DNA of 64,000 nucleotides from Octopus vulgaris (GCA_951406725.2 OX597822.1:9176001-9240000), one strand, 5' to 3'; counted from the first letter of the stretch, positions 39,300 through 54,375 are shown. The notes: generated by a model from the sequence alone, not told the origin. A program made the numbers and translations.

Positions 39300-40301
39300 G
39301 AATAGGTCAGTCAGGGACACTTCTATGACCTACTTTATTTGGCTTGGAGACTGAAAGTCTACAATGTAAAGTTATAGTCCTTTGTTCTGGAAAGAGTGAT
39401 GGCTTTTGGAAGGACCCCTCCCCTTTTGCCGGTCAAGGAAGGGTCAAAGAAACTACCTTATAAAAAGGGGGAGCTGTGAATCTGTAGTCAGTTCCAGCTG
39501 AGAGATTGGGGTAGTAACATGGTAGACGGGATTACGAAGGATGCGCAGAGAAAGACAGACACACAGTCATGAGAGATGACAGTAGCGTGAAGGAGAGGGA
39601 GATACACGGGGGACTGAGAGCGAGAGAGGGCTTGGCAATTACAGTAGTAATCGTCTGAAATTGTTCCGGTAAAGTTTTGTTTGTGTCTTTTGGCTGTTGT
39701 TGACGGTATGTGTTTAATTATGTTTTGATATGTGAAGAAAAAGAAGGAAAGAGTAAAGGCTAAAGGAAAGGCTAAAGAAATGCTAAAGAATTGAACAATG
39801 TGAATTGAGTAAAGGACTTGTTGATGTGTTGATTATTGAGTTGTGGAATTTATGTTCAGAATTGTTGTGGAAAAGAAAGACTCTGATGTAGTCTTTAAAG
39901 ACTTTAAAGAACTGTGACCGTTATTTGTTTTAATTGGATTTGAACATTGATTTGTAACGTGAATTGATCTGATATGAACATTGTATAATGTATTGATTTG
40001 TTTGATTCGACGTGTATATTGTATCTGCATGTTTAAATGCTTCGATCTGTTGTATACCTGTTTCTTGCATGTGTTTTCTTTAAATGTATTTGATGATGTA
40101 ATAATTGTTATAAACTAGTTGTCAAATGTAGCCGATTGCCTTCGTGTCTCTCTCTGTGTCTCTCTCCTCTCTGAGTTTCGTGGCGAACTTTCTCGATCGA
40201 TCGAGCCTGGTCAATCGTCGTCGCTCGACTTGTTGGGATCCCGGGTTCGAGTTTGAGCGACGGCAGGTGGGATTCTGTAACAACTTTGGGATTCCGTAAC
40301 A
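39294..40301 (+). mobile_element. Probable solo LTR (about 1.0 kb) inserted in (TA)n
   Basis: TGTT...AACA termini with imperfect inverted repeat (TGTTGTGAAT / ATTCCGTAACA), TATAAAAAG near 39459, ATAT on both sides. Confidence 0.65.
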
Positions 40302-40423
40302 ATATATATATATATATATAATCAATATAGGGTGGCAAAAAAAATTTTGTAGAATTCTTTTGCCACCAGCGGCCTAGTAGGAAAAAAAAAAAAAAAAAAA
40401 AATTATGGCCGTTCCTTTATTGT

Positions 40424-40471
<48 letters not shown>

Positions 40472-40489
40472 ATGTGTGTGCAAGTGTGC

Positions 40490-40555
<66 letters not shown>

Positions 40556-40915
40556 ACGCACACACATACAGAATATATATGAACAGAGAGAGAGACAGAT
40601 AGACAAAGAAAGAAAGAAAGAAAGAAAGAAATACAATTCAAAGTGTTTATAGACCCCCTCCTTATTTAACCTTTCTCTCTGTGCAAACACTGATACTTCG
40701 GACTTATTAAGGTATCATTGTTTATTGGATTTTTTTGTTTTTTACATTTCAGATAACAGTTTATTGCTTGTAATATCGATTCATGCCATGAACTCCAGGG
40801 GAAAAAGTGTCGTCGGATTTTTAAAGCGATTGCTTTGTGGAGCAAAGTGAAGGTTGGCCTGTGCCAGAGTAAGATTGTACAAAACCGTGGGATTTCTCTT
40901 GAAACAGTCAACAGT

Positions 40916-41067
40916 GCGCAGGAGTGGCTGTGTGGTAAGTAGCTTCTTTACCAACCACATGGTTCCGGGTGGCACCTTGGGCAAGTGTCTTCTACTATAG
41001 CCTCGGGCCGACCAAAGCCTTGTGAGTGGATTTGGTAGACGGAAACTGAAAGAAGCCCGTCGTATAA

Positions 41068-41114
<47 letters not shown>

Positions 41115-41338
41115 TGTGAGTGTTTGTATGTCTGTGTTTGTACCCCTAGCATTGCTTGACAACCGATGCTGGTGTGTTTATGTCCCCCGTTCCTTAGCGG
41201 TTCGGCAAAAGAGACCGATAGAATAAGTACTGGACTTACAAAAAAAAGAATAAGTTCCGGGGTCGAGTTGCTCGATTAAAGGCGGTGCTCCAGCATGGCC
41301 GCAGTCAAATGACTGAAACAAGTAAAAGAGTAAAAGAG
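40916..41338 (+). mobile_element. SINE family A copy
   Basis: Reverse complement of 6285-6719. Confidence 0.85.
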
Positions 41339-41656
41339 AGAGTGTCGTTGTACTATTCGCCAGAGAACAATAAGAAATCAACAGCATTCTGCTCAGGTTG
41401 AGCCGGACCTTCTGAGAGGCGACTTCGGGCTGTGAGGCGGGTTTTTTTTTAATAATCCCCGTTGTTGCAATACATTAATCCCGGTTGATGAGGCAGAGCT
41501 ATTTCTGAGCGGTATCTCCACCATCTTAACTTGGCTACTAGATTAGAGCTGCTAGAAGGCAACCTCTTCATTGCCCAGCAAATATCGAAAGAAGAAAGGA
41601 GAAATAATCTTTGAAATCATAATGGTGTCTATTTCTGAAACGTTTAGTGGTGTGTA

Positions 41657-41742
<86 letters not shown>

Positions 41743-42261
41743 CCTATGTGTGTATGTGTGTGTGTGTGTGTGTGGACATGAGATCAACGAAAACAAAGCG
41801 AGGCGTTTAGCATTGTACTGAATGCTTACAGTAACATTAATTTTACGTTTCATAAATGAGTGATGACTTGTTTATCGAGTAATCATTAAGAGTTTGGAAC
41901 TGACAATATTTCATTATTCTATTTTAATTCTACTAATGTTCGTGATATTGGACCGGGCACTAATCCAATTTTAGCAATCTAACATCTTATGCTGATGTTG
42001 ATTTAAGAAGCTTACGTAGACGAAACATAGGACAAGGTCGGTTAAATCAACCTCCATATATATACTATTTACCCATAATGCTTGTTGGATATTAAGTAAG
42101 ATAGCATTCAAAACTCAAGCAAAGGTTTGGAAAGCGTTATCGTGGAAGGAAGAGTATAGAGTATTTGATCAAGAAGAGTATAGATTAGTAGATCAATATA
42201 GAAATATATACTTACATAGATATATGCATATTTAGGTAGACAAAAAGACAGACAGATATAT

Positions 42262-42523
<262 letters not shown>

Positions 42524-43134
42524 GGGAAACTTAGTTAAGTGTGAAAGCTACGATTTGAAGCGGTGTGAAAGACTTTGAGCTTGACAGAATTACACATGCT
42601 GAAGTGAAAAGGAAGTTTTGTAAAAATGAGATAATATCAATAGCGTTGAGAGAGTTCCTCATTCCTTCGTTAAATTTTCTTTACGTACAAAAGTATACAT
42701 ATCTCACGCTGGTAAGGAATACATGAACTACTGGAATTTTATTCCGGGTGACCAGTTGCAGTGCAAGTCTGTCAAAAAATCTTGCAAGTCACGTGGAGGA
42801 TTGAAGCGACAGTTGAACATTTATAAATAACAAGCAGAATAGAAATACATATATGAGTATGTATATGTATGTATGTATATGTATGTATGCATGTATGTAT
42901 GTATGTATGTATGTATGTATGTATGTATGTATGTATGTATGTATGTATACTATTGAAATGCAAAAATATGTTGTTGAAACGGGTGTGGTATTTTAATAAA
43001 CGTGTCAGCAAAGTTTAAAGCTACAATTAATTTTAAGACTCAGGTGCATTTTTGAATCCCAAACCCAACTCTTCTATGTTTCTTCCTGCTTGGGAATAAA
43101 CCTCTTTTTGCCATATAGACAGTTATATATAGAC

Positions 43135-43330
43135 GGAAACTAAAAGAAACTCGTCAGAGTGTGTGTGTGTACACGATGAGATTCTTTCGGTTTTCCGGCT
43201 GCGAAATTCACACACACTAGGCTTTGATCGGCCCGAGGCTGTAGTAGGAGATACTTGCCTAAAGTGCCACGCAATGGGACTGAAGTCTAAACCATGTGAC
43301 TGTAAAGCAAACTTCTTATCACACAACCAC
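43135..43330 (-). mobile_element. Diverged 5' half of SINE family A
   Basis: GGCCCGAGGCTGTAGTAGGAGATACTTGCC...GTGCCACGCAATGGGACTGAA matches family A. Confidence 0.7.
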
Positions 43331-43889
43331 GTTTGAATACATCAAAGTCACTATTTTTTATTTTACTCAGTCCAACAGGGTAACTTATTTTTTCCGGCAA
43401 ATGAATGAAACGCTCATTAAATTTTATGTGATTAAAGCAGCGAATTGCTCATATTCTGTGGTTTTGTACTACTAGCCATAATAACTGGATCGCTTATTGG
43501 TAAATGGTGTTTTTCTTTTTCAAAGAAACATAGCGATGCTTGCAGTGTAGGTATACAGTATTTGGCAAAAAAGAACTTTCCTAAGAAATGGCTGTCCCAT
43601 CAAACAAAGCAGTATGATTGAGACATTATTAGTTACGACTGCACGGATATATTCTAAAGTAGATCGAAGTGGTTTACATATTTTAGTGAGTTTGTTTTCT
43701 TGCATCTATATTTCTTTGTTCAAAGCCAAACCAGGCTATTCGGGTATTCAATGTTATCGGTATACTCTAGATTAATACAAAGTAAATTTTAGACAAATAT
43801 TTAGTGCTATATTCATGACTTTACGGTCATTTTCGTGTGAAAACAATATACTCACTCCTGGTTCTGTAATTTATTAAATCAAAGATGAA

Positions 43890-44680
43890 CATTTACTTCA
43901 TTATCCCTTGCTTTTCGATCCACTTCTTCCAGTGGTCCATAAGCTTGCTTATTCCATCGGAGAAGGTTTTCAACTGGTCGCGTTGCCATTTATGCACCAC
44001 TTCCTACGCTTCGTATCAAATCGACGACCTACTAAAGCATGTTTGAGCAGTCCAAAGAGGTAATTGTCCAAAGGGGCGAAATCTGGACTGTATGCTGAGT
44101 GTTCCAGCAACTCGAAACGTTTTTACAACAGACCTCGGCCTTTAGAGCAAAATACTGGTTTCAGTTTGTTGGCCAGGATTTCACTGTAGCCTAGACAAGG
44201 TACTGTAGACTACTTTTCTGGGTAACGTTTCATTGTAAGCCCTTTTGCCTCACAAGAGATGGTTAGCATTAACTTATTTTCCGGAGGATTGAACCGAGTT
44301 TCTTTTTCAATGACCACTCTAGGTGTCGCCACTCCATACTCTGCTTTTTGGATCTTCATCGTTGTAACGGTCGAGTAAGCGTTGACAATTGTGCTTATGC
44401 ACTTCGGTAAACTCTCTTGGTAATAACCTCGACAGACGTTACAGAAGGAATGCTTATCGTGGATGATTTCGTCTGAAGAACTATGGCAAATTTGTGGAGA
44501 GCAAGCCATCTCATCGGAAGTCACTCATTGGTTCACCTGAACCATCATTCGAGCTTGGTGAATCTTCATGTCATTGGGGAAGACTGAAGGGCTTCCTGTA
44601 CTCTCTTCGTGCTTCAAGCTTGTCCGGCTTGTTTTTGAGCGAGAATATTTGACTGCGGACGAGCTCCACTAGTTCAAATC
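43890..44680 (-). mobile_element. Decayed mariner-type (DD34D) transposase remnant
   Basis: Minus strand LEHSAYSPDFAPLDNYLFGLLK (cf. HPPYSPDLAPSDYHLF) and GISKLMDHWKKWIEKQG (cf. GI.KLVERW.KCIE..G). VVIEKETRF resembles IVTGDETWV. Confidence 0.75.
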
Positions 44681-44959
44681 ACGTGAATAGATTGACAAAT
44701 CAGTGTCAAGGAATATTTCTTTTTTTTTTTCCCTACCTTTTTCTACCTTTTCGCAACCTGACGCCAGATTAACAACTTGTAAGTTTTCACAACGTAGAGA
44801 CGTCAATTTGTGTGGGGAAGAAGGGAAAAGGTTCAACGAAGCAAGATAACCGATCTAGCAGCGTAAGGCTGCTTATCTGTTAGTGTGTCACCTATGCTGA
44901 TGCATGGTACATTTACAGTTCAGTAGTTCTGAAAGGTGGTAGTAAGAAGAAAAAATTAT

Positions 44960-45520
44960 CTGACTATGAACAATTATGTATGGGCCAAGGGCTTGATATT
45001 CAGATCGTTCTAATTAAAACCGGCAAGAGACTACAAACAAGGGCTGCTAAAAATTGTATAACTTGCATTGTCTAGAACAGCAGGGCTGCTTGAAGAGAAA
45101 ATAGATTCTTACCGACGATAAAAACTTTAGTTTTGTGGGTATTTGCACGGGTGTGGAAATTTCTTACTCATACAGATTAAGAAGACATCAGGTATAATTA
45201 TCTGATGTGATGTGACTTGAGAAACAAGCATTTTTCCTATGAAGACAGCATCGACGCTGGTCAGATTCAAAAGAATGACAGGTATGAACCACTTCTTGAA
45301 GAATGTTAGGATTTTGGGTGGATCTAGTCTATTAGTCTCCCTTCGAAGGACGTTATGCTATTCTCTCTAAAGGACAATTTTTAATAGTTGAGTTAGTGTT
45401 CACTATGGTAAACCATAAAAATCTACAGAGAAATGTGTATTGTGTGACGAAAAAAATACATTAGCACCATGGCTAACACTACTTTAATGATTTCCATAAG
45501 TATGGCGAGACAAGATTGGG
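44960..45520 (+). pseudogene. Older, decayed relative of the Hero-like RLE element at 25256-26503
   Basis: GYLHGCGNFLLIQIKKTSGIII*C versus ADLPGCQVFFPIPVSKKPDILMWC; YEDSIDAGQIQKNDRYEPLLEEC*DFGW versus HEDNMDAARARKLNRYENLLEEYEDAGW. Confidence 0.7.
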
Positions 45521-45613
45521 TTGTTTCGGATATTAGACGTCGAAAGGGAAACATTTTTCCTATACTGGGAGAACTTAGTTGTAACCATGTTATTTCAGAC
45601 GCAATTCATTTAT

Positions 45614-45872
<259 letters not shown>

Positions 45873-47188
45873 CCGGTTCAAAATTTACCTCGCGATTGAC
45901 TTTCCAATTGATTCTTGCGACGATCAATAAAATATGAACAGATGTGTATAGGGTCAGCTTGATCGATTACACTTTCTCTTCTGAAAAATTTGCATCAATG
46001 CATCAATATGTAAGAAATACATATTTTTGCTATCTTTATTGGGTTGTTTACCGCAATATCAATATTGCGGCCCCAAATTAGGTTCCTTTAGCTTATTATT
46101 CAACAGCTCTTCCCTGATTGTCTATGAAGAACGATTAATTGATTTATCAATGTCAATGCTAGTCTCTTCTCAAAGCGGTCTGCAATTATCTGCGATGTCA
46201 AAAGTACAAACACTAATAACAAAAAAAACTTTCAATTTTTGAAAGACAATTTGAATTTTAATTCGAATCGGATAATAACTTACTTCTGCTTGATTCAAAC
46301 ATTCTTTATGAAGAACATAATCAATGTAAAAATATTCAAATTTAAATCATTGTCTGTAATGGAATGATAATTTTAAACAGCGCCCCAGCAATAGTCACAG
46401 ACAGATACACACAAAATAAACAAAGTATCGAATAAAGAAAAAGAAGGAAAAAGAAAGAAATGAACATTATTTCAATGATACATCGATAAAGCAATAAATA
46501 GGTGAAATAATTGAAAATTTCAAGCGTTTCTCGTAATATGTACAATTTATAAATCAGAATTGTCTACAAGGATAGTATTGGAAAAAATTTCTCATGATTT
46601 AAATTGATTTTAAACCTGACTCGTTGAAAATAACTCTTTTTCTTCGTTTCTTTTTGTTTCCTCTTTCTTTCTTTTTTGTCGATTCTTTTTCATTCTAGAC
46701 TATTTACCGTATATAAAAGAGATTAAAACTCGGCTCTATATCGTAACCTTTATTATATGTTGAAAATGAATATTTTAATGAAAGTTATCCAATTGCAGCT
46801 AACTGTGTAGGACAAATGGCGTGACAGTACGGAAGCACAAAAGGGAAGAATTGAGAATATTAGAATAGAATTATAAAACTAACAAGAAAAGGAATAAATG
46901 AATAAAATTGATATTACTGTGAAACACTAAAATAATGACAAAATGTCCTACGGTAAATGTTTTCTGGCACGAATATGATAATCCATTAGTTTTTCTAACG
47001 AGATGATTCAATGGATTTCATTTTTGTGTGAGCCATTTGAAAGCAATTCATTTTAATGTATTCTATTAAGAGAGACACAGATTATCTCCACCGTTTTCAG
47101 GAAACTATAGAGAGAGAGGGGGAGAGGGAGAGAGAAATAGCTAGCGGCTCACTTGATGCATTTTTAAATAAATGATTTTACAATAACC

Positions 47189-47298
47189 GAGTTCAGTCCC
47201 ACTGCGTGGCATCTTGGGCAAGTGACTTCTGCTATAGCCCCGGGCCGACCAATGCCTTGTGAGTGGATTTGGTAGACGGAAAATGTAAGAAGCCTGTC

Positions 47299-47344
<46 letters not shown>

Positions 47345-47572
47345 TTGTGTGTCTGTGTTTGTCCCCCTAGCATTGCTTGACAACCGATGCTGGTGTGTTT
47401 ACGTTCCCGTCACTTAGCGGTTCGGCAAAACAGACCGATAGAATAAGAACTGGGCTTACAAAAAGAATAAGTCCCGGGGTCGATTTGCTCGACTAAAGGC
47501 GGTGCTCCAGCACGGCCGCAGTCAAATGACTGAAACAAGTAAAAGAGTAAAAGAGTAAAAGAGTAAAGAGTA
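47189..47572 (+). mobile_element. SINE family A copy, 5'-truncated
   Basis: Aligns to 51688-52092; (GAGTAAAA)n tail. Confidence 0.85.
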
Positions 47573-48059
47573 ACCGGTTCGAATCCACTGCAAAGCTTTA
47601 TTTTTATAGATTGATTCTATCCGTTGCTTTGCTCTCCTTTTGCTACTGTCGTCGTCGTTCCTGCTATTGCTGTTTAATCCATATTCTGTTCTGAAAAAGT
47701 AGAACTATAATCAAAGTATTGCAGCCATGGTCTTCAAGTATCTTTTCACGCTTCAGGTAGTGGACTACATCATCCATTACATCCTTCCTTTGTAAAAGTC
47801 ACAGTGGCACGCAATTTGGATATATCGCTGCTATTTCTCTCACCTCAAGAGACTGCTTAGTAGTTGTATCTCTGTGTATCAATTCGAAGTAAAGTGGTTA
47901 ATATTTCTGCATATCAGATAAACATCGAATGTATCAATATAGTATCTGGGAGAGTCATTTTCTTTTTGTGCCTTATAACATACGCACCGGTAAAATTAAC
48001 AATGTGTCCCCACTATGCGAACCCTATGAAACGGAAAAATATATACAGAACTTCATTCA

Positions 48060-48750
48060 CCGCATGTAGTTCTCTGAATATGATCAGAAGGATAGAGTTT
48101 GAGTATAGAGGGGGGTCTAGAAAGAAATTAGATAACATTATACGTAATGATACCAGTGATACCTGCCCTAGATATAGAAACAAAGAATGGAATAGGATAC
48201 AAAGAACTTGTGACAAAGCAAACAGAATGAAAACGTGGTATAAAACCAAAAAATATCAAGGAGTGAGGTCACAGCCCATGGAGAACTAGCCCGTAGATTT
48301 AGAAAAGCAGTGAGGGAGACCAAACTCAGCATTAAGATTGTTGAAAAGCCAGGGAACTCCGTCAGATCTATTGTGAAGGACGAACCCCTTTGAGAATACC
48401 ATATGTACCAATAATAACTGCATGGTATGTAGGATTAACCCTGGCATTAACTGTAGAACTAGAAATGTAGTTTACAGTATAAGATGCAGAGACGGTGCTT
48501 GTAAAGACATGAACATGACATACCTAGGGGAGACATCTAGGAGCATTGCAGAACGACTAAATGAACATCTGAGACAATATGACGACAAAAACAGTCCTCC
48601 ATATTCTACCAACATGCCAAAGACCAACATGGAGGCAACCTGGTTCAACTTGACATCTGCATCTTATCCACGCACCCAAAAGACCCAACACTCAGGCAAA
48701 TACGGGAGTACGTCCTTATAAATGAAACTTCCCCAATACTAAATATACAT
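48060..48750 (+). mobile_element. Decayed Penelope-like GIY-YIG fragment (second family)
   Basis: CTNNNCMVC...CRTRNVVYSIRC...C...YLGETSRSIAERLNEH; upstream IKIVEKPG; frameshifted. Confidence 0.75.
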
Positions 48751-49112
48751 ATCACACATACGCAAATGGAGACTGAAACACATGACAATACATACACACA
48801 GACTTTACTTCACACAAGGACACATATGGAGACACACGCCCACACATATGGAGATGCACATCCATACATGCAAACACGGTATATAGATGCAAAACACGCA
48901 CACACAAGGAGACAGAGGTGCATACATATATAAATACACGCACACACACACACATACATAAAAACAAACACAGATACGCAAGCGCATGAATATGCAGAAT
49001 ACATACATCCAGATGCACACACATACATACATATATACATATGCATACATACACATATCTACATACAAATACATGCATACATACATACATACATACATAC
49101 ATACATACACAC

Positions 49113-49143
<31 letters not shown>

Positions 49144-50377
49144 CATACATACATACATACATACATACATAAATGCATAGGCGCGCATACACATGCGCAA
49201 AAACAGACAAAACGGAACGCTCTGTAGATAACAGAGAGAGTCAAAACTATAGAAAAGGTTGCAAGACGCAACGAAAGTTTTAGGAAAATAAAAATAAGAA
49301 ATAAGTGGAAATTTTACCGGCGAGTGTGTTAAATTATAAAGCACAAAAAGAAAATCACTCTTAGACACAGACACAACAGAATATGCTTCAACACACGAAC
49401 TCACATAAAGAATCTTACAAACCAAATTCAAAAACGGAATTATCCATGTAGTTTAATACGGTAGCCAAAATCTGGACGTTAGCGCCCGCCAGTAGGCGTT
49501 TGATTACTTGCAGAGAGTATTAGGGGAGGCGATGCGTAGATATTGAGCTTCGGTCAGTTGGAGTCTGACTTGACACCCATAACTTTTAGCAATAGCTGTA
49601 TAGATAGATTAAGAGAGAAATTTCGAATGTATATGATTTTAATTAAAAGTTACTCTGAAAGTTTGTTGAAGATGAAACCGCTATACAAATATTTTTAAAT
49701 CGTAACAAAATTTAGATGAGCAGATCCGATTTACTAAAAATCAACCTGTTATAGACTTTATTTGGCAATTACTAAAAGGAGAATATTTGCTACTAAATCA
49801 AATAATTGAAATTGACGCAATTTCACTGGCTGCGAAAATGGAAATAACAATATTAACTTCCATACTTATATAATTTTAATAGCGCTCACGACGAGTATTT
49901 TGAATTAGGTGCGGATGACGTGGTATTTTACCGAAGAGTTTAGAATAATACGGATTATATTTAGGTGTCATACTTATAATTTATAAATTAAGTTTAGCTG
50001 CTACTAATCAAATAATGAAAATAGCAGTTTGTGGGAAAATAAAATTATAAAGTAAAATATCTAAAGTTAATAAATTTCTAAACATATTGTCAAATATGTC
50101 TTATGTATTTCGACTTCAATGGTGTTTCAAAGCAATTTTCCATTTAAATTTATATCTATTTTAACACTACTCCTCTACATATTTCAATCAAATTTGTTTT
50201 CTGAACTTTCGAATTTGGCCTATTTGCCACTGAAAAACAGTCAATACAATAGGCGGTTTCATTGATTTTTTTCAATTGTAAATTTTTAATCTGGTTTTAT
50301 TATTTTACGCTTGACGTTACCTTGTTGCCTGTTTATTTGTTTTTATTTATAACAATATATAACACAAGGGTTAATGT

Positions 50378-50580
50378 GATGAGCTGGCAGACGAGTTACC
50401 GCACCAGACAAAATGCGTAATGGCATTTCTTCCGGCTCAGTACCTACTGAGCCCAAATGCTACCGAGGTCAATTTTGCTTTTCACCCTTTCGAGGTCGAG
50501 GAAATAAGTGACAGTTGAGTACTGGACTCGTTGTAATCGACTTCCCACTACTCGCAGAATTGCTGGCCTTGTGCCAAACT
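50378..50580 (+). mobile_element. Diverged SINE family B-related copy
   Basis: GAGCTGGCAGA head and CCGAGGTC...TTTCACCCTTTCGAGGTCGA body. Confidence 0.65.
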
Positions 50581-51334
50581 TCCTAAAGAATATGTAATTT
50601 TTCGGGTGCATTCAAGGTATCTGACCCCCAAACCCGCCGCAAGCCACTTTTATCCGGAAAAAAGGTGGGAGGGATGGCGGAGACCTCGATGTTTCCCACC
50701 AAGGGTGTTTTGTTTCACGGGGTTTTTTTTTCTTTTGCAGATTATTTTGCATGCTTCCAACGAATGTGACATCGAAATCACGCTTGAACGGTTCTTTTTT
50801 TTTCAGAAAAAGGACAGATTTCGCTGCTATTTCCAGCATGCACTGCTGCCACGTAGGAAGTCAATATTTTTTCTGTTGATGTCCACCTCAGTTAATTTTG
50901 CTTTTCTCCCAGTGCTGTGCTTTCTGGAAGAAAAGACCCCACATTATCTCAAAGATACGAGAATTCCTTAACGAGATTTGTTCATTTGCTTGTTTTAAAG
51001 ATTTCGTAAAGGAATTTGATACAACTGGTTTTGGCCGGTTTAAACACTAAAGGCTTAAAAAGTGCCAAAACAATAAAATCAACACTTCTTCATTTTTGAG
51101 GGCTTTAGAACCCAAAAGCTATAGTTTTTTTTATTATTGTAGAGTTTTAAAATGCTGATTTTATAGTTTTAAATTTTAAAAAGGCTGATTTCATAGTTTT
51201 GGCCCCTTTTTAGGTTTTTAAAGGATTTTAGTGCTAGAAATTGGTAAACAAATCTCATATGAAGCACAACATTAATATTAAACTAAAACTGAAAACAATA
51301 GAAACTTTTAAACATTTACCAGCTTTTAGGAAAT

Positions 51335-51485
51335 TTTGGGGTTAACGGACTTGAGTTAAGTAACTTAACGAAAGTTAATTAATCGATAATGATTTTCAAA
51401 GTTAACTTAAACGTTAAATCATTAACGAAAACGTTAACTTCGTTAATTAACGATTAACGGATAAACGGACTTACGCCCAGAACTG
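51335..51485 (-). mobile_element. DNA-transposon end (hAT-like) with subterminal TTAAC/GTTAA repeats
   Basis: Minus strand begins CAGTTCTGGGC, followed by a dense array of TTAAC(G) motifs in both orientations. Confidence 0.45.
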
Positions 51486-51687
51486 TATGTGAGTGCATTT
51501 GTATCTGCATTTGTACCCCTATCATCGCTTGACAACCGGTGTCGGTTTCTTTACATCCCTGTAGCGTAGAGGTTCGGCAAAAGGAATTGATAAAATAACT
51601 ACTAGGGTCGAGTGGTTCAACTAAAACCCTACAACGTGATGCTCTAGCATGGCAAGCAAATGAATGAATAAAAAACAGAATATATAA

Positions 51688-51857
51688 GCGCAGGAGTGGC
51701 TGTGTGGTAAGTAGCTTGCTAACCAACCACATGGTTCCGGGTTCAGTTCCACTGCGTGGCATCTTGGGCAAGTGTCTTCTGCTATAGCCCCGGGCCGACC
51801 AATGCCTTGTGAGTGGATTTGGTAGACAGAAACTGAAAGAAGCCTGTCGTATATATG

Positions 51858-51890
<33 letters not shown>

Positions 51891-52092
51891 TTGTGTGTCT
51901 GTGTTTGTCCCCCTAGCATTGCTTGACAACCGATGCTGGTGTGTTTACGTCCCCGTCAAAAGAGACCGATAGAATAAGTACTGGGCTTACAAAGAATAAG
52001 TCCCGGGGTCGATTTGCTCGACTAAAGGCGGTGCTGCAGCATGGCCGCAGTCAACTGACTGAAACAAGTAAAAGAGTAAAGAGTAAAGAGTA
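51688..52092 (+). mobile_element. SINE family A copy (full length), preceded by a diverged partial copy at about 51490-51665
   Basis: Reverse complement of 6285-6719. Confidence 0.85.
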
Positions 52093-52482
52093 ATATATAT
52101 GTTAAGGACAATTTCAGATAGGTTCAACAATTTATCTATACATGTATTCTGCCATAGATCAATGCATATCAGTCTTTAAAATATACCAATGTATCAGTCG
52201 TTAAAATATTAAAACATATTTAAAATTCATGAATACACAAATATATAAAAAATCTAATATACATAGATAAATAGATGAGTGTAAATAGGCTAGAAATTAT
52301 TAAATAGGCAAAACATATTAAGAATAAAAGTATGCCCTTACAAAAAGCTGAATCAAGTAAAGCCTTCCGAAGAGCGAATAAAAAAAAATATCGTAGCTTT
52401 GAGGTAGGAATATTTCAATAAACATATGTAAATGATCCGAGAGAATAAGTAATGTTGTTAAGGTAAAATGGTAATGGTAATG

Positions 52483-52572
52483 CTCTTACGGCCGTTTCAG
52501 GGGTATAGTAATCCATAGATTTTAAGGGTGTTTTCATTCCGAAAATTGGATACTGCCGCCTTCATTAGAGAG
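52483..52572 (-). ncRNA. Type I hammerhead-like motif with long stem II insert (G5A, probably inactive)
   Basis: Minus strand CUCU-CUAAUGA-AGG...(57 nt)...CCU-GAAA-CGGCCG-UA-AGAG. Confidence 0.6.
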
Positions 52573-52718
52573 TATCTTATTCAGGATTTCACATTTCGTG
52601 CTACGTTCTCCGTAACATTTTTTTTATACCTTTGCGTCTCGGGTCTTTTATCTGAGCACTTCTGTGTAGTGCCTATACAATAAACAAAGAAACTTTACTA
52701 TATCTATCTATCTATCTA

Positions 52719-52754
<36 letters not shown>

Positions 52755-53762
52755 CATCGAGAATATCAAATCCTCTTAAGGGGATGTTACCATCCAAGTT
52801 TAACCAATGATGTTAGTTTCGCATAGTTTCCCTATGAGGGACCTTTTTCTATTCTTGTATTCAAGAAGTCGACTCCTGAATGCGAGGAGGGAGACTGGTT
52901 CTTCGTCTTCACGCCTGTAAATATGTTTTCAGAAACTACTCTCAGATGTAATTTAAAGAATGACTTAGGTATAATTACAGGGTTAATGGAAACATGAATC
53001 AGGTGCTATCTCGCGATTAATATGCGTACATCTGCAACTAAAACGGTTGAATAATTCTCAATAGACATGGTATTAATATTAAAGTACAAATTAAACGGTT
53101 AATATGGATATATGGTTTAATATACAATTAACTGTGGTATATATTATATACAGTTTACCGAAACTTTAGGCACTTACCTCGAGAATATATAATTAATATC
53201 TTACGAATGTTTAATTAATTTGTGTTAATGATATAATGTAATAATTTAATATTGGTTTTAACTTTATTAATTTCTTAATTTATTAGTTTGATTTGTTAAT
53301 ATTTATGTTTTCTTCGATTAGATCCTTCATTTCTTTTCTCATTATTGCGCATTAATATCGATAACGTAAAATTCAACTGTGGTAATTAGTAGGCAGTTTT
53401 GATTCGTCATCGTTTCGTAGCTTTCAACACTATAACACAGACGAATACATAAGAATAGTAACGGTTTTCTTTAAAATACACCTGTTGCTAAAACATACGT
53501 TGGAATGTAGCTCCTTTCTAACAAATTCTCTCCCACGATGAAATACCCAATTTACGACATTCGATATGAAAATTTAAATTATTTAAATTTAATTTAATTC
53601 TTCAAATTGAATTAATTGGTTATGGAAAAAGCCGTAGGTGTAAAGAATTTGATGCTATACTGAATGGGATGTGTTCAAATAAGTTTGTCTATATATTAAT
53701 TTCTCTACATCTTTTTCTCATACATGAATTTGTCTGTGTGTGTGCGTGTATATATATATGTG

Positions 53763-53803
<41 letters not shown>

Positions 53804-53822
53804 ATGTGTGTGTGCGTATACA

Positions 53823-53853
<31 letters not shown>

Positions 53854-54328
53854 CACCCGCGAAAATATATGGCTTGCTAATATATCCCAAACATATGTTC
53901 ATCATATTGGGTGCGTATTTAAGCGCGAGCAGACACCCACTCGACTATTTCACAGCAAAAATGAGACAAATGAAGAGAGAGAGAGAGAGAGAGAGATATG
54001 AAAGGAGGGGAGAGAGAGCTGCATCGGAACTCATCTGGTACACATTTTCAGAAGCGGAAATGATGCCTAAAGACAAAGCACACCAACGTAGGCAGGAAAT
54101 GAACCCGCGACACTATGATTGGAAGCCGAACATTGTAACTATTAGATCATACACTTTCTTTATACATATACATATGAGCGTGCACGAGTGTATGCATGAA
54201 TACGTATATAAAATATATTTGTATATACATATGTGTACATATATTCATATATACATACATATAACTATATATGAATGTATGTATATCTATATCTATATAT
54301 ATGTAATATACATACATATATATAGGTG

Positions 54329-54375
<47 letters not shown>

